Positions 29,378 through 38,002 of a stretch of 55,871 nucleotides of DNA are shown here, in pieces. Position numbers and translations under genes: made by a program. The notes under the pieces are model-generated. The model was not told the origin of the DNA. It made no database searches and saw only the letters and a list, made by a program, of their open reading frames with translations. How positions within the stretch are numbered: the first letter of the stretch is position 1; each line of letters starts with the position of its first letter. Source of the stretch: Alphaproteobacteria bacterium. Its GTDB lineage: Bacteria; Pseudomonadota; Alphaproteobacteria; JABAAW01. The stretch lies in contig JABABG010000063.1 in NCBI GenBank assembly GCA_014238315.1, positions 1 to 55,871 of the forward strand, read 5' to 3'.

Positions 29378-30331
29378 CTAGGAGGGTTTCTTTTGGGTGA
29401 TTTGTAAAAAGACCTCTTCGAGGGATGGTTCTTTAGTGGTCAAATCGGCTATGGTGATGCGGTTTTTCTCCATAATCGCGAGAAGTTGTCCGATGGGCAC
29501 TTTTTGCGGATTGTAGCAAATTTCTAGGTCCTGCTTTGTGCTCGCTATTAGACGCGCGTGTTTGGGTAGGTGTAAATTGTCGGCGAGGTTATTAGGAGCC
29601 TTGCCGTGGTGATGGATGATCAAGGATTTTGTTGCCAAGCGTTTTAGCAGAGTCGAAGTTTTGTCGTAAGCAACGATCTTACCCTGGTCGATGATCGCTA
29701 TCTTGTCGCACAAAGCCTCCGCTTCTTCTAAATAGTGGGTAGTGAGCAAAATGGTCGTTCCACTCGCGTGCATCTCTTGGACGAAAGACCATAGATGCTT
29801 GCGCAAAATTAAATCTACCCCCGCTGTAGGCTCATCGAGGACAAGGACTGGCGGGTGGTGGACTAATGCCTTGGCGACCATAAGACGCCTCTTCATGCCG
29901 CCAGAGAGCGTGCGCGCGTAAACATGCTTCTTGTCGCCCAATCCCAGTTGCTCTAAAAGATTGTCGTTCCAACGCTCGGACTTCTTTAAGCCGTACAAAC
30001 CAGCCGTAAGCTCTAGCATAGCGTGCGGAGTAAAGTAATTATCCATGTAAATTTCCTGCGGAACGATGCCGATTGCAGCACTCGCGTTGCGAGGTTCGAT
30101 GTCTATGTCGCGATCCCATATCGAAACGCGACCGCTATTCTTCAGAACAAGACCGCCTAAAATGTTGATCAGAGTCGATTTACCCGCACCATTCGGACCT
30201 AGTAAGCCGATAAAAGCACCCTGCGGAACTCGCAAAGAGACATCGTCCAACGCTAGCAACCTATCGCGAGACTTCGTCTCGTAGCGTTTCGTTGTATGCT
30301 CGATGGAAATGGCTGCCTTGACTTTGCGCAT
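29378..30331 (-). CDS. ABC transporter ATP-binding protein (ABC-2/YadG-like)
   Basis: Walker A GPNGAGKST, signature LSGGMKRR and Walker B VLVLDEPTAGVD. No adjacent permease gene. Confidence 0.85.
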   Translation of the reverse strand: MRKVKAAISIEHTTKRYETKSRDRLLALDDVSLRVPQGAFIGLLGPNGAGKSTLINILGGLVLKNSGRVSIWDRDIDIEPRNASAAIGIVPQEIYMDNYFTPHAMLELTAGLYGLKKSERWNDNLLEQLGLGDKKHVYARTLSGGMKRRLMVAKALVHHPPVLVLDEPTAGVDLILRKHLWSFVQEMHASGTTILLTTHYLEEAEALCDKIAIIDQGKIVAYDKTSTLLKRLATKSLIIHHHGKAPNNLADNLHLPKHARLIASTKQDLEICYNPQKVPIGQLLAIMEKNRITIADLTTKEPSLEEVFLQITQKKPS

Positions 30332-30433
30332 ATACCCTAACCCGTTAGATAAAAAATTATTTCAGGGCAAGGTTTTGCTCTCTTGCGCCTATTATCGCTA
30401 ATAGTGCACATTGCGGGAGTAATTATGCAAGGA

Positions 30434-30461
30434 TTTACAAAAATTTTTACAAAAATATCTA
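30434..30461 (+). promoter_or_regulatory. Candidate sigma70 promoter with a direct repeat TTTACAAAAAT x2
   Basis: tttacaaaaat is at 30434-44 and 30446-56. TTTACA (-35-like) is followed by a 16-nt spacer and TATCTA (-10-like), 48 nt upstream of the zf-gene start. GCAAGG flanks the region on both sides. Confidence 0.3.
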
Positions 30462-30508
30462 CGCAAGGCCAAAGAATTGTAGATAGAACGTAGAGGGAAA
30501 ATTAAAAA

Positions 30509-30697
30509 GTGCGAGGTAGGGTAGTGATAAAAGAAAAAGAAGACGACCAAGTTGAAAAAACACGAGAAAAGCGAGTCTGTTGCAACGGCGGAAAAAGAGG
30601 TAGCGGGCATCCATCCGTATACCTTTCTATCAACCTTGAAGGTTTTGTCGTATGTCCATATTGTTCGCAGCGTTTCGAGCTAGACGCCGAGAAATGA
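30509..30697 (+). CDS. Small zinc-finger protein (zf-CHCC, NDUFS6-like)
   Basis: VCCNGG..GHPSVYLSINLEGFVVCPYCSQRF matches the C-x-H..CPYC pattern of the zf-CHCC family common in alphaproteobacteria. GTG start. Confidence 0.6.
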   Translation: MRGRVVIKEKEDDQVEKTREKRVCCNGGKRGSGHPSVYLSINLEGFVVCPYCSQRFELDAEK

Positions 30698-30702
30698 GCG
30701 CG

Positions 30703-30755
30703 GGTATGGTATGGGCTTAGGTATGGGTTTGGGTATGATAGTGGGTATGAACTAC
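30703..30755. repeat. Phased GGTATG motifs (12-bp period x4 plus one extra copy)
   Basis: GGTATG starts at 30703, 30708, 30720, 30732 and 30744, between the zf gene and the esterase gene. Confidence 0.85.
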
Positions 30756-30811
30756 GAAAGAATGAGTTACAGCGTGGCATTCGCACGATACTCGAATAGG
30801 TAGCAAAAAAA

Positions 30812-31516
30812 ATGCAAAAAACAGCAAGGCGGTTCGCAAGCCTAAACGCATTATGCTACGAGCCAGATTCTGTTGGGACAGACTCTGTTATGCCAAGTGA
30901 GGTGCTAGTCCTCTTTCACGGCTACGGCGCAAGCGCGCAGGACTTACTACCCCTCGCACTACCCCTCGCTCAATTTTTACCAACAGCCCGCCAAGTTTTT
31001 CTCGAAGCACCAGAGCCATATCCAGATGCCTCCCTAGTGGGTGCTCGTGCTTGGTTTCCCCTGCAAGAGCTGTCAATCGAGAAAATAGTAAAAGGCTTAC
31101 AGGCGGTCGAAAGCCTCGTAGCGGAAGCTATAGAAGCAATTAGCAACGCATACCGACTACCATTCTCACGCATCGCCTTGCTTGGTTTTAGCCAGGGAGG
31201 AATGGTCGCTCTGCAGGCGACTTGTTCTACAAGACATAATAAAGTGCCATCTAATTTTTTGGCGAGCGTAGGAATCGCAACTAGAGCCGTCGAAACAAAC
31301 AGCAAAGATGCTACAAATACGCCTATTTTGATGATACACGGAGACGAAGACAAGGTGGTGCCCTTTGCGCAAGGGTTGCGTACGGCTGAAATGTTGCGAA
31401 AACAAGGGTATAATCTTAAATGGCACGAGCGTAGGGGAATGGGACACGAGATTGATCAACAAACACTACAAGTAGCAGGTGAGTTTCTCGCCCGGCATTC
31501 AAGGATACAGAAATAA
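30812..31516 (+). CDS. Alpha/beta hydrolase (carboxylesterase/phospholipase, Abhydrolase_2-like)
   Basis: The nucleophile elbow is GFSQGG, followed by HGDEDKVVP and GMGHEI, giving a Ser-Asp-His arrangement. Its stop overlaps the rph ATG (TAATG). Confidence 0.7.
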   Translation: MQKTARRFASLNALCYEPDSVGTDSVMPSEVLVLFHGYGASAQDLLPLALPLAQFLPTARQVFLEAPEPYPDASLVGARAWFPLQELSIEKIVKGLQAVESLVAEAIEAISNAYRLPFSRIALLGFSQGGMVALQATCSTRHNKVPSNFLASVGIATRAVETNSKDATNTPILMIHGDEDKVVPFAQGLRTAEMLRKQGYNLKWHERRGMGHEIDQQTLQVAGEFLARHSRIQK

Positions 31517-32271
31517 TGCAGAAAGAAAGCGCAATCGGTATATCCGCGAGCAAAACCAAAACGGCTAGAGCCGCAGGCGATACGCGCCTGCTATCCTTTA
31601 CTCCCGATGTAGCACTACACGCAGAAGGCTCCTGCCTAGCATGCTTTGGGCGAACTCGAGTCTTATGCAGTGCTAGCGTCGAGGATGGAACGCCAGCATT
31701 TCTACGAGAGCTCGACGAAGGATGGATCACAGCAGAATACGCTATGCTGCCGCGTGCGACAAGCGCGCGTAGCAATCGCGCGCGGATGCTCGCATCTGGG
31801 CGTACGCTGGAAATACAGAGGATGATTGGACGTTCGCTACGGGCAGTCGTAGATCGTAGCCTCTTCGCTAAACAGCAAATTAAAATAGATTGCGATGTCT
31901 TGGACGCAGACGGAGGAACGCGAACCGCAGCCTTGAGTGGTGCTTGTGTAGCTCTGGCTATAACCTTTCGAAGGTTGTTGAAGGTGGGAGCCATCGACAG
32001 AGACCCTCTGCTAAAAATAGTAGCCGGCCTGTCATGCGTCATGCGTAATGGCAAGATGCAGCTCGACCCAACATACCGACAAGATTCGCAAGCAGACGCA
32101 GATGCAAACTTCGCAATTACCGAAGAAGGAGAGCTGGTCGAAGTGCAACTAACAGCAGAACGTAAGCCAATTACAGAAAAAAATTTGCAAGATATGCTTG
32201 CGCTCGCAAAAAACGCAACCGTCGATATAACTCGACTGCAACGCGAAGCGGTCGAGCGCGCGCAAGAGTGA
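31516..32271 (+). CDS. rph: Ribonuclease PH
   Basis: AEGSCLACFGRTRVLC, GWITAEYAMLPRAT, GRTLEIQRMIGRSLRA and IDCDVLDADGGTRTA. Confidence 0.9.
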   Translation: MQKESAIGISASKTKTARAAGDTRLLSFTPDVALHAEGSCLACFGRTRVLCSASVEDGTPAFLRELDEGWITAEYAMLPRATSARSNRARMLASGRTLEIQRMIGRSLRAVVDRSLFAKQQIKIDCDVLDADGGTRTAALSGACVALAITFRRLLKVGAIDRDPLLKIVAGLSCVMRNGKMQLDPTYRQDSQADADANFAITEEGELVEVQLTAERKPITEKNLQDMLALAKNATVDITRLQREAVERAQE

Positions 32272-32363
32272 AATAAAAATAAACGAAGCTGAATAAGAAA
32301 AAATTAATAAAAAAAAGACCGCGAAAATAAGTTCGCGCTCGTAATCCTCGGTGAAAAATAGAT

Positions 32364-33002
32364 ATGGCAATAAATACGAAAGGGTGGTTCTTTGCAACGG
32401 GTGGAGCATCGCACATCGTGCTGGCAACGAAAAACAAAGGCAAGCTGAAAGAGATAGCCGTATTGTTACGCAAGCGTATATCGGAACTGCGTCCCCTGAG
32501 CGATTTTAATAGCGCAGAGATAGAAGAAACAGGTGCGAGCTATCGTGAAAACGCATTGATTAAAGCTCGTGTTGCATTCCAGTCGAGCGGTTGGGCAAGT
32601 CTCGCCGACGACTCAGGCTTTGAAGTAGCGGCATTAGGCGGACAGCCGGGATTGAACTCTGCACGATGGGCTGAAAAAGAAGATGGTAAAAGAGATTTCG
32701 CTTATGCTATCGCGCGCATAGAAAAAGAGCTTGAGAAAAAAGTCGTGATTGAAACGGATGCGAAATTTGTATGCGCTCTCGCGTTAGTGCGATGCGATGG
32801 TGAAGAACGCGTGGTGCAAGGAGAAGTGAGGGGCAAGGTCGTGTTTCCTCCGCGTGGCACTAACGGCTTCGGTTACGATCCGATTTTTGTCGCTGAATCC
32901 GAAAAAATTACCTTCGCTGAAATGGACCCAAGCGCAAAAGAGCGCATCAGCCATCGTGCGAAAGCCTTTAAAACATTATGCGACAAGTGCTTCACGCAAT
33001 AG
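32364..33002 (+). CDS. rdgB: Non-canonical purine NTP pyrophosphatase (RdgB/HAM1)
   Basis: LATKNKGKLKE, ETGASYRENALIKA, LADDSGFEV, GFGYDPIF and SHRAKAF. Confidence 0.85.
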   Translation: MAINTKGWFFATGGASHIVLATKNKGKLKEIAVLLRKRISELRPLSDFNSAEIEETGASYRENALIKARVAFQSSGWASLADDSGFEVAALGGQPGLNSARWAEKEDGKRDFAYAIARIEKELEKKVVIETDAKFVCALALVRCDGEERVVQGEVRGKVVFPPRGTNGFGYDPIFVAESEKITFAEMDPSAKERISHRAKAFKTLCDKCFTQ

Positions 33003-34315
33003 GCATAAATAACCCCTCTGAAAAAGCAGCTTATAAGGAGATAAGGAGTGCTGCTGGAAGGTTGACTGTAAGTAGCGAAGAGGAAAGCAAGACAAACAGC
33101 CTCGCGCCAGAGGATTTATCGTTATACATTCACTTTCCCTATTGTGAGCGAAAGTGCCCTTATTGTGATTTCAACTCGCACGCGCTACGCACAAAAATAC
33201 CTGAGCAAGAATACCTAGCGGCTATTCTATGGCGCTTGCAGAGGCAAGCGGAGCGCGTTGAGAATCGTGTGTTGCGCTCGGTTTTTTTTGGTGGTGGCAC
33301 GCCATCGCTACTATCGCCGCGTGCGGTCGGAATTATCATCGATGGGATCGGGAAATATTTCTCGTTGGCGGAAGATTGCGAAATAACGCTAGAAGCAAAT
33401 CCTTCTAGTGCCGAGCGGAGAGGTTTCCGCGATTTAAAGACAAGCGGGGTCAATCGCCTCTCGATCGGCGTGCAGTCGTTCGATGACGCAAACCTGCGAT
33501 TCTTAGGGCGAGTGCATAACGCAACGCAAGCAAGGGTAGCATTAGAGCAGGCTATGCGAATCTTCGCTCGAATCTCGTTCGACCTGATCGTAGCGTTGCC
33601 AGGGCAGAAAAACGATGAGTTGTGCGAAGAGATAACTCGCGCGCTAGAATACGAAAGCGAGCATCTATGCGTCTATCAATTGACCATTGAAAAGGCGACT
33701 GAATTCTACCGACAAGCCACGCGCGGACTCTTGCAAATACCAACACCGAGAAGGGCGGCGGAAATATATCTACTAGTCGAGCAGCAACTGAGAGCGAAAG
33801 GTTTCGCGAACTACGAGATTTCTAGCTATGCTCGTTCGCAAGAAGCGCAAGCTCGACATAACCTCGTATATTGGCGGTATGGGGATTTTATCGGAGTAGG
33901 ACCAGGCGCGCACGGGCGTATAACTCTCGCTGGAAAAACATTCACAACCCTCGAGACGCGAAAGCCTGAGCGTTGGCTCGCGCAGGCTCAAAGCGAAGAC
34001 GAGCAAATACAAAAACAAAAAGAACTCTCCGCGCAAGAAAAATTTGAAGAGAGCGTCATGATGGGGTTGCGTCTAGCAGAAGGATTGCCGATACAAATAT
34101 TCAATAGGCATGCGCGCGAGCTGATAGACGATATGCGTGCTATAGGTTATTGTGAAAAAAAATCCTCGCGGGTATGCTTAACTATAGAGGGGCGTTTGCG
34201 GCTCGATACAATCGCAGCAGAGTTGCTCGTCGCTTGCGAGAAAACGCGCGAAAAAATCCCCATAAAGGGCGAGAGCATGCAGAGCATGCAAGGCGCAAAA
34301 ACTAACAAGGTGTGA
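32978..34315 (+). CDS. hemW: Radical SAM heme chaperone HemW (coproporphyrinogen III oxidase-like)
   Basis: LYIHFPYCERKCPYCDFNS (CxxxCxxC), FFGGGTPS and the HemN_C-like end. It has a ~45-aa N-terminal extension and overlaps rdgB by 25 nt. Confidence 0.85.
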   Translation: MRQVLHAIGINNPSEKAAYKEIRSAAGRLTVSSEEESKTNSLAPEDLSLYIHFPYCERKCPYCDFNSHALRTKIPEQEYLAAILWRLQRQAERVENRVLRSVFFGGGTPSLLSPRAVGIIIDGIGKYFSLAEDCEITLEANPSSAERRGFRDLKTSGVNRLSIGVQSFDDANLRFLGRVHNATQARVALEQAMRIFARISFDLIVALPGQKNDELCEEITRALEYESEHLCVYQLTIEKATEFYRQATRGLLQIPTPRRAAEIYLLVEQQLRAKGFANYEISSYARSQEAQARHNLVYWRYGDFIGVGPGAHGRITLAGKTFTTLETRKPERWLAQAQSEDEQIQKQKELSAQEKFEESVMMGLRLAEGLPIQIFNRHARELIDDMRAIGYCEKKSSRVCLTIEGRLRLDTIAAELLVACEKTREKIPIKGESMQSMQGAKTNKV

Positions 34316-34352
34316 AAACTAAAAAGCGTGAAAACCAATAAGGTCGCAACTA

Positions 34353-34895
34353 ATGGCTGATGCGAGAAAAGAGAAGAGCGCAACATCGTTGTCCGCGCAA
34401 AATAGGTGCGTATTCGAGCACGCAGAACTAGTCGCTTGCGGTGAAGGGCAACTGTTCGGAGCAGGTAACGCACAGTTGCCTTTGCCGCCTATGCTAATGT
34501 TCGATCGCATCTCTATGATGTCAAGCGATGGAGGGGAGTTCAAACGAGGCTTAGTTCAAGCAGAGCTAAATGTCGTTTCAGACTTATGGTTCTTTACATG
34601 CCATTTTCACAACGATCCAGTGATGCCAGGATGCTTGGGGTTAGACGCGCTTTGGCAGATGTTAGGATTTTATCTAGCTTGGCTCGGGCATAAAGGGCGT
34701 GGCAGGGCACTAGGGGTCGATGGGATACGCTTTCGTGACCAGGTTCTGCCAACCAGCAAGCGTGTCGTCTACGAGTTGAATATTCGACGTGTAATATCGG
34801 GAAGGCTGGTCATGGGTCTCGCCGATGGTATAGTGCGAGTCGATGGAGATGTCTCTTTGTCGGCTAAAGGTTTGCGCGTTGGATTATTTTGTTGA
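34353..34895 (+). CDS. fabA: 3-hydroxydecanoyl-ACP dehydratase/isomerase
   Basis: It aligns along its length with E. coli FabA as I recall it: LWFFTCHFHNDPVMPGCLGLDALWQ (active-site His) and GRALGV..RFRDQVLP. Confidence 0.9.
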   Translation: MADARKEKSATSLSAQNRCVFEHAELVACGEGQLFGAGNAQLPLPPMLMFDRISMMSSDGGEFKRGLVQAELNVVSDLWFFTCHFHNDPVMPGCLGLDALWQMLGFYLAWLGHKGRGRALGVDGIRFRDQVLPTSKRVVYELNIRRVISGRLVMGLADGIVRVDGDVSLSAKGLRVGLFC

Positions 34896-34932
34896 TAAAC
34901 GATAGTTCGATAAAATATGAGGAGGTAATAGA

Positions 34933-36168
34933 ATGAGGCAAGTCGTAGTTACAGGAATTGGAATCATTAGCTGTATTGGTAATGATCAAAAATCGGTCGT
35001 TACCTCTCTGCGTCAAGCTAAATCTGGTATCGTGTTCGCACCAGAATACGCCGAGAGAGGTTTTCGAAGTTGTGTCCATGGCACGATTGATATCGATATA
35101 GACTCTTTGGTAGAGCGCAAATGGCGTCGGTTTATGGGCGACGGTTCTGCGTACGGTGCAATCGCAATGCGGGCTGCGCTAGAAGATGCAGGACTCGAGG
35201 AGAAACAGATAGTAGACCCGCGTATCGGAATCATTACTGGCTCCGGCGGACCCTCAACGGCAAATCTAGTTTCATCGTTTAACAGCCTTGAGACGCACAA
35301 AAGCACAAGGCGCATTGGACCATTTATGGTGCCTCGTACTATGTCCTCGACAAGCTCTGCCGTGTTGGCAACAGCTTTTGGAATCCGCGGCGTCAACTAC
35401 ACCATAAGCTCAGCTTGCTCGACCAGCGCTCACTGCATCGGCAACGCAGCAGAATTGATACAATGGGGAAAGCAGGATGCCGTCTTCGCTGGTGGCTGCG
35501 AAGAGATACATTGGTCGATGAGCTGCTTGTTCGATGCTATGGGTGCTCTATCATCGAAATATAACGAAACTCCCAATAATGCATCGCGGGCGTTCGACGC
35601 CGATAGGGACGGATTCGTGATAGCTGGCGGTTCGGCTATACTATTGTTAGAGGAGGCTGAACGCGCAAAAAAAAGAGGTGCTAAAATCTACGCAGAGCTT
35701 ACCGGCTATGGAGCTACATCCGATGGGCTCGACATGGTACAGCCTTCTGGAGAGGGGGCAAGGCGCTGCATGCAACAAGCGTTAGAAACTACGCGTAATA
35801 AGGTCGAATATATAAATACGCACGGCACTTCGACGCCAATCGGCGATGTCGTCGAGTGTGGGGTTATCAACGAATTGTTTCAAGAGAGGCAGCCGAACGA
35901 TCTGCCATTCATATCCTCGACAAAGTCTTTAACAGGGCATTCGTTGGGGGCAGCTGGCGCGCAGGAAGCTGCCTATACTCTCTTGATGATGGGAAACGAT
36001 TTTATGTGCTTATCGGCGAACATAGAAAATCTCGACGAGAAGATAGCCGACAAACCCATAGCCAAGGCTATTTTGCGCGAAAGACGAGATGCTCCATTTT
36101 CTTGTGCCATGAGCAACTCTTTTGGGTTTGGAGGAACTAACGCAACGCTCGTTTTTGAAAAGGCATAG
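34933..36168 (+). CDS. fabB: 3-oxoacyl-ACP synthase I
   Basis: [15 protein letters not shown] (active-site Cys), [21 protein letters not shown] and [15 protein letters not shown]. It lies immediately after fabA. Confidence 0.9.
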   Translation: MRQVVVTGIGIISCIGNDQKSVVTSLRQAKSGIVFAPEYAERGFRSCVHGTIDIDIDSLVERKWRRFMGDGSAYGAIAMRAALEDAGLEEKQIVDPRIGIITGSGGPSTANLVSSFNSLETHKSTRRIGPFMVPRTMSSTSSAVLATAFGIRGVNYTISSACSTSAHCIGNAAELIQWGKQDAVFAGGCEEIHWSMSCLFDAMGALSSKYNETPNNASRAFDADRDGFVIAGGSAILLLEEAERAKKRGAKIYAELTGYGATSDGLDMVQPSGEGARRCMQQALETTRNKVEYINTHGTSTPIGDVVECGVINELFQERQPNDLPFISSTKSLTGHSLGAAGAQEAAYTLLMMGNDFMCLSANIENLDEKIADKPIAKAILRERRDAPFSCAMSNSFGFGGTNATLVFEKA

Positions 36169-36208
36169 TCTATACTATTTTTGCCACGCTAGTTTTCGTA
36201 GCATAAGT

Positions 36209-37237
36209 TTAGTCGTCCTTCGCGCGCGGATGCGCTGAGCGATGTTGCTCGATGACATGCGTTAAGTCTACCTCCGTATAACGCTGAGTCGATTTCAGAG
36301 AGCTGTGCCCCAGAAGTTTTTGGATACCTCGCAAGTTACCCCCTCCTTGCATTAGGTGCGTTGCGAAAGAGTGTCTCAATGCATGCGGTGTTGCTTTTTG
36401 CTCTAAACCCAAGTTGGCGCGAAGAACGCGCATGCGTTTTTGCACAACGCGCGGGTGTAGTCGCTCGCCACGCAGGCCTAAGAAAAAGTATCGAGAGAGA
36501 GGCTGCGCAGCGTTCGCCCTCGCATCTGTTGAATCACCCTCTGTCTCATGAGCTCCTCTTTTGTAAGGGCATAGGCACTTATATTCGACTAGAGCCTCGA
36601 TAATTTTTGGCAGAATCGGTAGCAAGCGTTCCTTGTTGCCCTTGCCGAGAATTCGTAGCAGATGGGGCTCTTCTTCTGTCATACGCATAACCTCGTCAAA
36701 GGAAAGCTCTAATGCCTCGGAGATACGCAAACCCGCGCCATATAGCAATGTGAAGAGCGCAACATCGCGAGCCTTTATCCATAACGGTTGCTCTTGCGTC
36801 TTGCCCGCTGCTGTGATTAGCTCGCGCGCGGCTGTTTGCGAAAGTGGATGCGGCGGTGGATTCGGATGCGGCGGACGCCGAACACGAAAGGCAGCAGGAC
36901 TGGTGATGGTGTAGAGCTTCTCTATGCGTCGTAAGAAACCGCGTAGCCCTGATAGCGCGCGCGAAACCGACTGCGCTTGCTGACCTCCTTTACGCAAAGA
37001 TGCCATCCAAGCGCGCAAATCTTGCTCGCTCAACTCGTTCCAAGACTCTAGCGGCATCGCGCCGCCACGATGCTCTAGCAGAAAGTTTTGGAATGAGGTG
37101 AGGTCGCGTCGGTAGGCGGCAACGCTATGCTCGCTCAAGCGTCTTTCGACCGTGAGATGACGACAATAGTCCGCAAGGGCTTGGTCAAAACTAGGTGCTT
37201 TGCCAGACTCTCCATCGGAGGCTTGTTTGCTAGGCAC
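36209..37237 (-). CDS. Tyrosine recombinase, XerC/XerD family
   Basis: ARDVALFTLLYGAGLRISEAL, HALRHSFATHL and LLGHSSLKSTQRYTEV supply the R..HxxR..Y catalytic set. I cannot assign XerC versus XerD. Confidence 0.85.
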   Translation of the reverse strand: MPSKQASDGESGKAPSFDQALADYCRHLTVERRLSEHSVAAYRRDLTSFQNFLLEHRGGAMPLESWNELSEQDLRAWMASLRKGGQQAQSVSRALSGLRGFLRRIEKLYTITSPAAFRVRRPPHPNPPPHPLSQTAARELITAAGKTQEQPLWIKARDVALFTLLYGAGLRISEALELSFDEVMRMTEEEPHLLRILGKGNKERLLPILPKIIEALVEYKCLCPYKRGAHETEGDSTDARANAAQPLSRYFFLGLRGERLHPRVVQKRMRVLRANLGLEQKATPHALRHSFATHLMQGGGNLRGIQKLLGHSSLKSTQRYTEVDLTHVIEQHRSAHPRAKDD

Positions 37238-37255
37238 AAATGTTGCCGTCTCTCG

Positions 37256-37945
37256 CTAGAGGATCGATTGCTTGCTTTCTCGCCAGTCGCTCAAAAATGC
37301 CGCTAGACCGGAATCCGTAAGGGGATGCTTGTAGAGTGCGCGGAAAACCTTCGGTGGTAGGGTTGCAATGGGCGCACCCATTCGGGCACTAGCAATCACA
37401 TGACCGATGTTACGAACAGAGGCAACCAGAACCTCTGTGCTAAATTTGTAGTGACTGTAGAGCTCTAGAATTTCCTCGATTAGCTGCAAGCCATCATGCC
37501 CAATGTCGTCCAGCCTGCCGATAAAAGGCGAGACAAAACGCGCGCCAGACTTTGCCGCGAGCAAGGCTTGCGCGCTAGAAAAACATAGGGTGACATTAAC
37601 ATCGATTCCCTCAAGGCTAAGAGCATGGCAGCAACGCAAGCCAGACTCCGTAAGAGGAACTTTCACCGCTACATTCTTCGCTATCTTTGCCAGGCTCTTG
37701 CCTTCTTTGTACATCTCTGGAAAGTCGGTAGCTGTGACCTCAGCACTAACCGGACCATCTAGCAAAGCGCAGAGCTCGCCAATTCTCGTATGAATGTAGC
37801 CGCCAGAACCTTTGTCAGCCATCGCGCTAGACTTCTTTATTTCCTTGGCGATCAAAGAGGGGTTCGTAGTAACCCCATCGACAAGCCCGCTTTTTGCGAG
37901 TTCGCGAACTTCATTTACATCGGCAGAGTCGATAAAAAATCTCAC
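37256..37945 (-). CDS. tal: Transaldolase / fructose-6-phosphate aldolase family (short type)
   Basis: (V)RFFIDSADVNEV, GVTTNPSL, KVP and SPFIGRLDD (Schiff-base Lys region). I place the start at GTG 37945, matching the canonical MKFF.DTA N-terminus. The track's 38008 start adds a hydrophobic leader. Confidence 0.8.
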   Translation of the reverse strand: MRFFIDSADVNEVRELAKSGLVDGVTTNPSLIAKEIKKSSAMADKGSGGYIHTRIGELCALLDGPVSAEVTATDFPEMYKEGKSLAKIAKNVAVKVPLTESGLRCCHALSLEGIDVNVTLCFSSAQALLAAKSGARFVSPFIGRLDDIGHDGLQLIEEILELYSHYKFSTEVLVASVRNIGHVIASARMGAPIATLPPKVFRALYKHPLTDSGLAAFLSDWRESKQSIL

Positions 37946-38002
37946 AACTCGTGTTGTGCAATAGCAGAGAACGAATGTCAAGAAGAGGCTATAGTACTTG
38001 TT

